Source of the DNA: a bacterium
GTDB lineage: Bacteria > Patescibacteriota > Patescibacteriia > Patescibacteriales > UBA12465
Reading direction: 5' to 3'
Assembly (NCBI GenBank): GCA_035400585.1
Contig: DAOMZR010000001.1
Coordinates: forward strand, 191,347-255,346
DNA: 64,000 bases
Shown here: one piece after another, positions 44,765 to 53,345 of the stretch
Position numbering within the stretch: the stretch's first letter is position 1
Layout of the letters: every line of letters begins with the position of its first letter
Position numbers and translations under genes: made by a program
Notes under the pieces: model-generated
What the model saw: only the letters and a program-made list of their open reading frames with translations
Told to the model about the DNA's origin: nothing
The model's database searches: none

Positions 44765-44799
44765 AAAAAAGCCCCTAAATTTTAGGGGCTCTTTTTTTA
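44765..44799. terminator. Strong bidirectional terminator
   Basis: aaaaaa-gcccctaaa-t-tttaggggc-tcttttttt. Confidence 0.85.
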
Positions 44800-44823
44800 T
44801 TATCTTATTTTGTTTATTCTTTA

Positions 44824-45921
44824 TCATTTTAACTTATTTATTTCTTTCGGTTTAAATATACCATCTTCAGTTATAATGCCGGTGATTAAATCAGCCGGGG
44901 TAACATCAAAAACTGGATTAAAAGCTTTAGTACCTTTGGGAGAAATTTCCAACAAAGGATTAAAATTTCTTCCTTGTTTTTTAGACAAATTTCTATTTTC
45001 CCAGAAAGAAGTATGTTTCAAGACTTCGTCACCAGAACGATGCTCTATTTTTATTTCTTTGCCTGTTTTTGTATCAAAATCAATTGTGGCCTTAACGGCA
45101 GCTATATAAAAAGGAATTTTGTACCTTTTAGACATCAAAGCTAAAGGATAAGTCCCGATCTTATTGGCTGTGTCGCCGTTTAAAGCTATTCTATCGGCAC
45201 CGACTATTACCATATCAACCATTTTATTCTCCATTAAAAATCCACTAGCGCTATCAATATTTACTCGATGCTCAATGCCAGATTTATTCATTTCCCAGGC
45301 AGTCAATCTAGCTCCTTGAAGCCAAGGTCTAGTTTCATCAATTAAAACTGATATTTTTTTACCATTTAAAACAGCACTATATATCGGAGCTGTAGCTGTT
45401 CCATACCAAATAGCTGAAAGTGATCCGGCATTACAATGAGTCATGATGCGATAATTGTTTTTAATTAATTTCTCACCGTAAGCTCCTATTTTTAAATTAT
45501 TATTTACTTCGCTCTCTAATAATTTTTTATAAGAATTATAAATATCTTTTTTAATACCACCAACAGTATTTGAATTTATTTCGCTAAGTATTTTATTCAC
45601 AGCCCAAGACAAATTATTGGCTGTTGGACGAGCCTTAATTATTTCTTGAGCTATTTTTTTTAAATAATTTAAAAAATCAAAGGGATTACTTTTTTTGTAG
45701 GCCAAAGAGGCTAAAAAAACACCAGCACCACCAACGGCCCCAATAGCCTGAGCTCCTCGAACATTAAACTCTTTTATAGCTAAAATTGCCTGACTATATT
45801 TTTTAAGTTGAATAAATTTCAGTTTATCGGGCAAATAAACTTGATCAATTATTATTACCCTATCCTTTTTTAACTCGACAGTTAATGGCAAAAGTTTTTG
45901 TAATTGCTTTAAATTTTTCAT
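44824..45921 (-). CDS. mtnA: MtnA/e2b2-family sugar-1-phosphate isomerase (methylthioribose-1-P / 5-deoxyribose-1-P / ribose-1,5-bisP isomerase)
   Basis: IIDQVYLP, ETRPWLQGARLTAWEM, VGADRIALNGDTANKIGTY and NPVFDVTPADLITGIITE. Confidence 0.85.
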   Translation of the reverse strand: MKNLKQLQKLLPLTVELKKDRVIIIDQVYLPDKLKFIQLKKYSQAILAIKEFNVRGAQAIGAVGGAGVFLASLAYKKSNPFDFLNYLKKIAQEIIKARPTANNLSWAVNKILSEINSNTVGGIKKDIYNSYKKLLESEVNNNLKIGAYGEKLIKNNYRIMTHCNAGSLSAIWYGTATAPIYSAVLNGKKISVLIDETRPWLQGARLTAWEMNKSGIEHRVNIDSASGFLMENKMVDMVIVGADRIALNGDTANKIGTYPLALMSKRYKIPFYIAAVKATIDFDTKTGKEIKIEHRSGDEVLKHTSFWENRNLSKKQGRNFNPLLEISPKGTKAFNPVFDVTPADLITGIITEDGIFKPKEINKLK

Positions 45922-46474
45922 GATATTTTTGAATTAATTTTAGAGTTGATGAAATATTTTTACCTAAAGCTAAAACCCCATGATTTTGCATTATTAAATA
46001 ATCCCCCTTTTTTGAAGCGTTTTTAATTGCTCTAGCTGATTCCATTGTTCCGTAAGAATATTCTCTAACATAAATAACATTATCTAATTTATCCTTACAA
46101 TTTACAGCCAAAAAATCATGAGAATGCAAAACGCAATTTATATCTGGTCGAGCCTGATAAACACCCCAATGAAGACGAGCTTCAGAACTTGGTTCTTTCT
46201 TTCCATAAACATAAACATCATCACCCTTAAAACCAGAAACTAAAACAAAATCACTCTTTTTTAGTTGATGAGGAAAAGAACCAGTGGTTTTAATAATTAT
46301 TCCCTTTTTAGTTCTAACACTAAAATTACCACCATTATTATCTTTGCAGCCCAATTTAGCCAAATCTTTTCCGGTTTTAATTAGCTTCTCCATTAAACCT
46401 AATTCTTTGGGGCTAGGACTAAAATCACCCTTATAAACAGTTTTAAATTTAGTACCAATATATTTTTCACCCAT
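45860..46474 (-). CDS. Class II aldolase/adducin-family protein (MtnB-type dehydratase or Ald2-type aldolase)
   Basis: GGNFSVR, EPSSEARLH, HSHD and MQNHGVLALG (Zn-His ligand pattern). The 3' end overlaps the isomerase ORF by 62 nt. Confidence 0.75.
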   Translation of the reverse strand: MGEKYIGTKFKTVYKGDFSPSPKELGLMEKLIKTGKDLAKLGCKDNNGGNFSVRTKKGIIIKTTGSFPHQLKKSDFVLVSGFKGDDVYVYGKKEPSSEARLHWGVYQARPDINCVLHSHDFLAVNCKDKLDNVIYVREYSYGTMESARAIKNASKKGDYLIMQNHGVLALGKNISSTLKLIQKYHEKFKAITKTFAINCRVKKG

Positions 46475-46478
46475 AAAA

Positions 46479-47255
46479 TTATTTTTTATTTTTTGACATT
46501 AAAACAAATGTTTCCAGCGCTACTAAAGATGCTCTATTTTCCATTTTAACCAAATCACCTTTACCAGATTGCGCCTCCACTGAATATTTAGCAATTTTCT
46601 GTCTAATATTTTTCTCAGCTTCTTGATCAACTACTAATAAGACTACCCCAGCTTTAACACCCTTTATTCTGGCCAAAGTTAAAACAGTTCCAGCTTCCAT
46701 ATCCTGAGCCAAAGTATTAAAATTTTTCCAAAATTCTTTAGTTTCTTTTGTCTTTTTAGAATATAAAGCATCAACCGTCACTGTTGTGCCGGAATAATAT
46801 TTAAACTTTAAAATTTCAGAAGCTTTTTTCATTGTCTGAAAAATATCTGGATCGGCAATTGCTGGATATTGCAAAGGAACATAATCAAGACAAGTATGAT
46901 CTTCTCTAACAACACTGTCGGAAATAATCAAATCACCAATTTTAATTTTGGTTTGATTGGCTCCACAAGAACCAACTCTAATAAAATTTTCCGCACCAAG
47001 AGCAACTAATTCTTCTATGGCAATAGCAGTTGAAGGACCACCAATACCAGTAGAACAAATAGTTATTGGTATGTTTTTATATTTACCAGTAAAAACTCTA
47101 AATTCCCTATTAAAAGAAATTTCCTTACCACCATCTAACAGCTTAGCAATACGCAAAACACGACCAGGATCACCAGGCAAAATCACGTTTTTAGCTATAC
47201 CTCCCTTTTTACATAAAATATGTGGCTGTAAATTATCAAAATTTTTAGCAGGCAT
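46479..47255 (-). CDS. PNP_UDP_1-family nucleoside phosphorylase (uridine, purine or MTA phosphorylase type)
   Basis: LPGDPGRVLRIA, STGIGGPSTAIAIEEL, RVGSCGA and DMEAGT. Confidence 0.8.
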   Translation of the reverse strand: MPAKNFDNLQPHILCKKGGIAKNVILPGDPGRVLRIAKLLDGGKEISFNREFRVFTGKYKNIPITICSTGIGGPSTAIAIEELVALGAENFIRVGSCGANQTKIKIGDLIISDSVVREDHTCLDYVPLQYPAIADPDIFQTMKKASEILKFKYYSGTTVTVDALYSKKTKETKEFWKNFNTLAQDMEAGTVLTLARIKGVKAGVVLLVVDQEAEKNIRQKIAKYSVEAQSGKGDLVKMENRASLVALETFVLMSKNKK

Positions 47256-47346
47256 AAAAAAATAATTAAGTATTAAGACTACTTAATTTTAACACAATTT
47301 CAAAGAAAATGAAAGAAATTATAGTTAAAATTAACAAATAAATGGT

Positions 47347-47375
47347 TTGAAAATAAAAATTTTTAGCGCTATAAT
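47347..47375 (+). promoter_or_regulatory. Consensus sigma-70 promoter TTGAAA-17-TATAAT ending 6 nt before the ATG at 47382 (leaderless-type)
   Basis: TTGAAA 47347-47352, TATAAT 47370-47375, aaatat, ATG. Confidence 0.55.
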
Positions 47376-47381
47376 AAATAT

Positions 47382-48473
47382 ATGAAAAGAAAAAAACTCG
47401 TTTTAATGATTTTTGGTTTTTTGCTATCAATACTTATCTTTTTATTTAGCTTTGAATCAATTAATCAAACTGAAAAACAAAATAAAGATAATAATATTAT
47501 TTTTTTTGGAAAAAAAGATAAAGAAGAAATAATTAAACCAAAAGAAGTGCTAGAAGAAACAAAAAAAATAGAAGAAAACTCTGATTTAAATTTTTTATTT
47601 TTTGGAGATTTAATGCTGGGCCGTCATGTTGGCGAGAAAATAGACATCCACGGGCTTGATTATCTTTTTGAAAAGTTGGAAGTAGAAAAGTTTACCGAAA
47701 AATACGATTTTGTAATGGCCAATCTTGAAGGAGCTACCACTAACGAAGGAAAACATTATAAACCGGACAATCTTTATGACTTCGCTTTCAAACCAGAGAC
47801 AATAAATAATCTAAAAAAATATAACTTCAATATTTTTGCCCTATCAAATAATCACTTATCAGATCAAGGAGAAAAAGGAATCAGTGAAACCTACCAGAAT
47901 TTAAGCGAACTGGGTTTTAACTACTTTGGCTGCAAAGATGGATATTTGTCGTCATCAGAAAATACAGAAATCATCTATAAAGCTAATGAAAATGAAAAAC
48001 AAAAAATACTAAACGAAAATGATTGCTCTTCAATAATAATTGAAACTAAAAATAAAAAAATAGCCTTTTTTTCTTTTAGTATCGTTTACAGTGATATTGA
48101 AGAAAATTTAATATTAAACAAAATAGATCAAATTAAAAAACAAAGCGACTTTTTGATAATTTCGCCTCATTGGGGAGTAGAATATCAAGAAAAAGCCAAC
48201 AAAAAACAAGAAAATTTAGCCAAAAAAATGATAGATTCTGGGGCTGATTTAATTATTGGACACCACCCTCATGTAATCCAAAATTGGGAAATTTATAAAG
48301 AAAAACCGATCTTTTATTCTTTGGGGAATTTTATTTTTGATCAATATTTCTCCCCAGAAACACAAGAAGGGCTAGCCATATCAATCAAGGTAGATAATAA
48401 TAAAATCGACAAAACAATATATAAAATAAAAACAAAAGGAAGCAAAATTGAAGAAATTATAAAAATAGAATAA
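47382..48473 (+). CDS. CapA/PgsA-family metallophosphatase-like protein, membrane-anchored
   Basis: FFGDLMLGRHV, ANLEGATT, SNNHLSDQG, SPHWGVEYQ and IGHHPHVIQ. Confidence 0.75.
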   Translation: MKRKKLVLMIFGFLLSILIFLFSFESINQTEKQNKDNNIIFFGKKDKEEIIKPKEVLEETKKIEENSDLNFLFFGDLMLGRHVGEKIDIHGLDYLFEKLEVEKFTEKYDFVMANLEGATTNEGKHYKPDNLYDFAFKPETINNLKKYNFNIFALSNNHLSDQGEKGISETYQNLSELGFNYFGCKDGYLSSSENTEIIYKANENEKQKILNENDCSSIIIETKNKKIAFFSFSIVYSDIEENLILNKIDQIKKQSDFLIISPHWGVEYQEKANKKQENLAKKMIDSGADLIIGHHPHVIQNWEIYKEKPIFYSLGNFIFDQYFSPETQEGLAISIKVDNNKIDKTIYKIKTKGSKIEEIIKIE

Positions 48474-48493
48474 AAAATTTAATAAAAATCAAC

Positions 48494-48524
48494 AAAAAGA
48501 GAGAATCATAAATTCTCTCTTTTA
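48494..48524. terminator. Bidirectional terminator between convergent genes
   Basis: aaaa-agagagaat-cataa-attctctct-ttt. Confidence 0.7.
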
Positions 48525-48551
48525 TTATCTTTGTATTTTATCGTCTCGTCT

Positions 48552-49277
48552 TTAGCGGCAAGAATTTAAACATTCTTGTCTAGCTTCAACTCCTTGAATC
48601 ATGTCACAATAAGAACAAACATCAATTTTTTCTCCAACCACTGGTATTTCGGCACTAGGATTGGTAGAATTAGATTGATTTGCTGGTGTTTGAACACTTG
48701 GATTAAAACCATTCATTAAGCTCGATAAATCTTTAAAAGTTTTATCATTTGGTAAATCAAATTTTGAATCATCAACGTTCCATGATTTACATTTAAAATC
48801 AAAAACCTCGTCCATATCAACAGTGTCTTGTTTTATTTCGTCACCAGCTTTATCGTCGGTTTCTCCTTCTTCTAGCTTCATTTTCATACCCTCCTTATTC
48901 ATTAAATCATCCCAAAAATAGTTCCAACCATCTTTTATAATACTAACTGAATTAAATCTCATACCTTGCCCCTTATCAACTGTATTCATTTCTACCCTGA
49001 TTCTTTCCCCTTTGTTGTCAAAATAATAAACAGCGCTCATTGTGGCTTCCTCATTTTCAATTTCAACCGAACACTGTAGTGGTTTCCCCTTTTTAAACAT
49101 ATCAATCACTGAAGAAGAAAAATAAGACTCTTCGTTGTCTAGGCTTTCTTCAACGACATCTGATTTGTTGTCAGAAATCGGCTTGCTAGGTTGATCCTCA
49201 TTTTTTTTGCCACAAGCAGATAAAGAAAAAATCAGAAGCAAAAAAAGCGGTAGTAAATAAACTCGAGAAAATTTCAT
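48552..49277 (-). CDS. Lipoprotein, function unknown
   Basis: Lipobox LSAC|G after a hydrophobic signal. C-terminal CSYC...C..C cysteines. Confidence 0.55.
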   Translation of the reverse strand: MKFSRVYLLPLFLLLIFSLSACGKKNEDQPSKPISDNKSDVVEESLDNEESYFSSSVIDMFKKGKPLQCSVEIENEEATMSAVYYFDNKGERIRVEMNTVDKGQGMRFNSVSIIKDGWNYFWDDLMNKEGMKMKLEEGETDDKAGDEIKQDTVDMDEVFDFKCKSWNVDDSKFDLPNDKTFKDLSSLMNGFNPSVQTPANQSNSTNPSAEIPVVGEKIDVCSYCDMIQGVEARQECLNSCR

Positions 49278-49387
49278 AATAATTATTATTAATTATTTTT
49301 TTAAAAAAAATAATTAAAATTTAATAATAATCTTTAGTAAAATAATAGCAAAAAAATTGATGTTTTACAAATAAAAATAATTACTAA

Positions 49388-50452
49388 TTATTTTTTATTC
49401 TCACTAATTATCTTATAATACAAATCCTCGTAAGAATTAACCATTTTTTCCAAAGAAAAAAACTTTTTTGCTCTTTCTAAACAATCCTCTTTTTTGATGT
49501 TTTTGACTAACTTTAAAGCTTTTAACATCTCGTTAAAATCCTTTACAACATAACCGGTTTTACCATTAACCACTAGTTCCCTAATAGCTCCTTGATCATA
49601 AGCCACAACTGGCACGCCAGAAGCCATAGCTTCTAAAAAGGTATTACCAAAAGCTTCGATTATTCTGTTTGGTTGTATCAAACAAAAAGCATTGCTTAGT
49701 AATTCCTTCTTTTTCTTCCCCAAAACTTCTCCTTGATAAATAATTTGCTTACCATCAATAAAAGGAAAAACATTCTTATCTAAAAAATATTTATCAGCTT
49801 CTGATATTTTGCCAGCTAGAACCAATTTCATTTTTAATCTTTTGGCTATTTTAATAGCCGTATCAACTCCTTTCTGAGGACTTAATCTGGCTAAAAACAA
49901 AAGATAATCTCCTGAATTTCTTTGTTGAATAAAGCTATCAGAATCAAGACCATTATAAACAATTTCTCGCCAATTTAAAAACGGTAATAATTTCTTAAGA
50001 GATTTAGAAATACCAACATAATTAAGATGCTTATATTTTTTTAATAATTCTCTTTCTTGTTCGAAAAACTCCCCATATCTAATAGAGTGAATTGAGGGCG
50101 TCTTTACTAAATCGGCAAAAATAACACTTTTCTGTTCAACTGCACAGTGAATAATATCAAAATCTTTAGCTCTTCTAAAAGCTTCGGCTATATTTTGATA
50201 TTCATGAACCTCAGAATAATCATTTTTATAATAAGTTTTTCTCACAGATATCAATTTTTGGGCTTTAGTTTTAGAATCACCGGTGGCAAATAAAGTAACT
50301 TGATGTCCTTTATCAACCAAACCATTTACCAAATAACCAATAGAAGAACCGGTACCGCCACGAGAATCAGGTGTTGTTTCTTCCCAAAGTTTAGAAATAA
50401 TAGCTATCTTCAATTTTTTTTTCATAAAAATATTATATTTATATATTAACAA
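49388..50452 (-). CDS. GT-B fold glycosyltransferase (family 4-like)
   Basis: GGTGSSIGYLVNGLVDKGHQVTLF and EAFGNTFLEAMASGVPVVAYDQGAIRELV. The likely start is MKKKLKIAII at 50425. Confidence 0.8.
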   Translation of the reverse strand: MLIYKYNIFMKKKLKIAIISKLWEETTPDSRGGTGSSIGYLVNGLVDKGHQVTLFATGDSKTKAQKLISVRKTYYKNDYSEVHEYQNIAEAFRRAKDFDIIHCAVEQKSVIFADLVKTPSIHSIRYGEFFEQERELLKKYKHLNYVGISKSLKKLLPFLNWREIVYNGLDSDSFIQQRNSGDYLLFLARLSPQKGVDTAIKIAKRLKMKLVLAGKISEADKYFLDKNVFPFIDGKQIIYQGEVLGKKKKELLSNAFCLIQPNRIIEAFGNTFLEAMASGVPVVAYDQGAIRELVVNGKTGYVVKDFNEMLKALKLVKNIKKEDCLERAKKFFSLEKMVNSYEDLYYKIISENKK

Positions 50453-50471
50453 TAATAAAATTCATTGTAAA

Positions 50472-50500
50472 CAAAAAAAGCCAAAGATGTTATCTTCGGC
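50472..50500 (-). terminator. Rho-independent terminator
   Basis: Minus strand: gccgaagat-aac-atctttggc followed by ttttttt. The only imperfect position is a G-U pair on the minus-strand RNA. Confidence 0.7.
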
Positions 50501-50530
50501 TCTAACCCTAAAACTCAATCATCGAGAAAA

Positions 50531-50953
50531 CTAAACCTCAATAGAGGTTGCGGTTACCTTAACAATATTTTTGTTAATGTCTTTTTTGGAAACGACCCTG
50601 GAAATCGTTTTTATTTTATATTTTATTTCCTTGGGAAAAACTTTTCCTGTCAGCTCTCCAACATCGATAATAATTGAAAAAACCTTGGGATCTAGTAAAA
50701 AAGCCTCGAAGCACTTGAAAAATTGATCGGTAATGAAGATTGGGCAAGGATCAGCATTTTGAATATCCTTAAAAAAATCTTCACCGAACTTAAAAGCGTT
50801 AACCAAATATCCATCCTCTTTCTTACCGTTAATTTTCAATTTAATTTTTTCCAAAAGCTGATTATTGGTTTTAGAAAGAAGGTTTTGGCCTTCAAGTAAC
50901 ATGTCGTCTATAACACTTTTACTTGGACATAAAAATTTTTCTTCCATTATCAA
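50531..50953 (-). CDS. Hypothetical cytoplasmic protein
   Basis: 140-aa ORF with its own terminator. No recognisable motifs. Confidence 0.45.
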   Translation of the reverse strand: MIMEEKFLCPSKSVIDDMLLEGQNLLSKTNNQLLEKIKLKINGKKEDGYLVNAFKFGEDFFKDIQNADPCPIFITDQFFKCFEAFLLDPKVFSIIIDVGELTGKVFPKEIKYKIKTISRVVSKKDINKNIVKVTATSIEV

Positions 50954-51000
50954 TTTGTTTTAAATGTTGTGAAACTACTAACTAAACTCTATCAAAAAAA

Positions 51001-52812
51001 CTAATTTTTGTCAATTTCCTGGTTTTTTTTATTAACCTTTATATTCAATTCTTCTAGTTGTTTTTCTTTAACTTCACAAGGAGAGCCACTCATCAAATCT
51101 TTACCTTTACTATCTTTGGGGAAAGCATAGATATCCCTAATTGAATTCCAGTTATTTAAAACCATAACAATTCTATCTAATCCAGGGGCATTTCCTCCAT
51201 GAGGAGGAGCACCATAAGAAAAAGCGTTAATCATAGCCGAAAAATTTTGATCAACTTCTTCTTTAGAATATCCGGCTATTTCAAAAGCTTTATACATAAC
51301 TTCTGGGTTATGATTTCTGATCGCTCCAGAAGAAACCTCAAAACCATTAAAAACCAAATCAAATTGATGAGCTAAAATTGATAAAGGCTCTTTGTTGAGC
51401 AATGATTCCATTCCACCTTGAGGCATAGAAAATGGATTATGAGCAAAGTCAATTCTTCCCTCTTCTATTTCTGAATATTCATACATTGGAAAATCAACTA
51501 CCCAAACCAAAGAAGCCAAGGAATTATCTTTTAAATTCATTTTTTCTGCCAAATAATTTCTTAAATAACCCAAAGCCAAACAAACAGTTCGCCACTCATC
51601 AGCTGCAATGAAAATAAGATCTCCTTCTTCCGACTTACATTTATTAATGATTTCAGAAATTAAATTATCACCTAAAAATTTTACCAAAGATGATTGAAAT
51701 TTTTCATCCTTTAAAACAATATAAGACAAGCCTTTTAGACCTTTCTTTTTAGCCTCTTCAATTGTTTCATCTATTTCCTTTCTGCTAAATTTTGCACCAC
51801 CTTTAACATTTAAAGCCTTAACAAATCCACCGTTTTTAATTTGATTAGTAAAAATAGCAAAATCAGAATTTTTAACTAAATCAGAAATATCAGTTAACTC
51901 CATTTCAAATCGTAAATCAGGCTTGTCTGATCCAAAACGATTTATAGCATCTGTCCAAGAAATTTGTTGAAAGCGACCATCCGGCAAAAGACCAATCATT
52001 TTTTTATCACTAAACTTTTCTACCAAATCTTTCATTAATGGTTCCATTGTTTTAAAAATATCGTCTTGTTCGACAAAACTCATTTCCATATCTACTTGAT
52101 AAAACTCTCCATAATGGCGATCCATGCGCGGATCCTCATCTCTAAAACAAGGGGCTATTTGAAAATATTTATCAACACCGCCAACCATTAATAATTGCTT
52201 AAACTGTTGCGGCGCCTGTGGCAAAGCATAAAATTTGCCAGGATAAATACGAGAAGGTATTAAAAAATCACGAGCACCCTCTGGTGAAGAGTTAGCCAAA
52301 ATTGGAGTTTGAATTTCTGTAAAATTTAAATTGTGAAAATAAGATCTAATATGTTTAATAATTTCGTCTTTTGTTTTTAACATTTTTTGGATTTTTTCTC
52401 GACGTAAATCCAAAAAACGATATTTTAAACGTAAAGCTTCGTTCACTTCTCCTGTTTTTTCATCATTTAGTTCAAAAGGAAGTGGCAAGCTTTTATTCAA
52501 GATTACAACATCCAAAATTTCCACCTCAATTTCTCCAGTGTTAATTTTATTGTTTTTATTAGCTTCATCACGAGCTACAACCAAACCATTAATTTGTAAA
52601 ACCCACTCATTTTTTACATCTTTTAAAGCGTCAGCTATTTTTTTATCACCATCATTACTATTAAATTTAATTTGAGTCAATCCGTATTTATCGCGCAAAT
52701 CTATGAAAATAAGACCGCCTAAATCGCGATAGCTATTTACCCAGCCAGACAAAATAACCTTTTCTCCTAAATTTTTAGAGCTCAGCTCCCCGCAAGTGTG
52801 AGTTCGAAGCAT
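51001..52812 (-). CDS. aspS: Aspartyl-tRNA synthetase (bacterial type with GAD insertion)
   Basis: MLRTHTCGEL, LRDKYGLTQ, FRDEDPRMDRHYGEFYQVDMEMSF and GGNAPGLDRIVM. Confidence 0.94.
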   Translation of the reverse strand: MLRTHTCGELSSKNLGEKVILSGWVNSYRDLGGLIFIDLRDKYGLTQIKFNSNDGDKKIADALKDVKNEWVLQINGLVVARDEANKNNKINTGEIEVEILDVVILNKSLPLPFELNDEKTGEVNEALRLKYRFLDLRREKIQKMLKTKDEIIKHIRSYFHNLNFTEIQTPILANSSPEGARDFLIPSRIYPGKFYALPQAPQQFKQLLMVGGVDKYFQIAPCFRDEDPRMDRHYGEFYQVDMEMSFVEQDDIFKTMEPLMKDLVEKFSDKKMIGLLPDGRFQQISWTDAINRFGSDKPDLRFEMELTDISDLVKNSDFAIFTNQIKNGGFVKALNVKGGAKFSRKEIDETIEEAKKKGLKGLSYIVLKDEKFQSSLVKFLGDNLISEIINKCKSEEGDLIFIAADEWRTVCLALGYLRNYLAEKMNLKDNSLASLVWVVDFPMYEYSEIEEGRIDFAHNPFSMPQGGMESLLNKEPLSILAHQFDLVFNGFEVSSGAIRNHNPEVMYKAFEIAGYSKEEVDQNFSAMINAFSYGAPPHGGNAPGLDRIVMVLNNWNSIRDIYAFPKDSKGKDLMSGSPCEVKEKQLEELNIKVNKKNQEIDKN

Positions 52813-52908
52813 ATATTTATCTTAATTATATTTAATTATCACCAATTACTATATAAATATAGCCTAATTATACAAAAAAGTAAATAATAAATTTACTTAA
52901 TTCTTTTT

Positions 52909-52937
52909 TTGCTGTATATTGTTTTTATGATTAAAAT
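52909..52937 (+). promoter_or_regulatory. Candidate sigma-70 promoter TTGCTG-17-TAAAAT, 12 nt before the ATG at 52950
   Basis: TTGCTG 52909-52914, TAAAAT 52932-52937. Confidence 0.4.
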
Positions 52938-52949
52938 TAACAAAATTAT

Positions 52950-53300
52950 ATGGCTGATGTTCAACAAATTTTCAATAAAATAAAAGAAAGGCAAAAAGAA
53001 CAAAAAACAATAAAACAAATTTATCGAGATGTTTTAAATAATTCTCAGGAATATCAGAACGTTTTAGAAGAGCTTGATAGTTTGAAAATCAAAAAGAAAA
53101 AAATAGAGGAAGTTTTAAAAAGCGAATTAAGGTCAGAAATGGAGCAATTAAACTCTATTAAAGTTGATATTGAATCAGAAAAAGAAATATTAAGCCAAGC
53201 AACTTTAGCTAAAATACTAAAAGGAGAACAAATAGAACTGGTCGATGAAAATAATAATAAATATGAGCCTATCTTCAGTGTACGTTTTAGAAAATATTAA
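52950..53300 (+). CDS. Hypothetical coiled-coil protein
   Basis: 116 aa, K/E/Q-rich heptad-like sequence. Sits upstream of the GreA-like paralog. Confidence 0.45.
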   Translation: MADVQQIFNKIKERQKEQKTIKQIYRDVLNNSQEYQNVLEELDSLKIKKKKIEEVLKSELRSEMEQLNSIKVDIESEKEILSQATLAKILKGEQIELVDENNNKYEPIFSVRFRKY

Positions 53301-53345
53301 AAATTTAAATATCTCAGAATTTAAAAAATAAATTAATTATAAATT

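Noticed and set aside
47382-48473. CapA-like gene taken as a poly-gamma-glutamate capsule locus
   Set aside because: No capB/pgsB or capC/pgsC ligase genes are adjacent. CapA-family metallophosphatase domains occur widely outside PGA systems.
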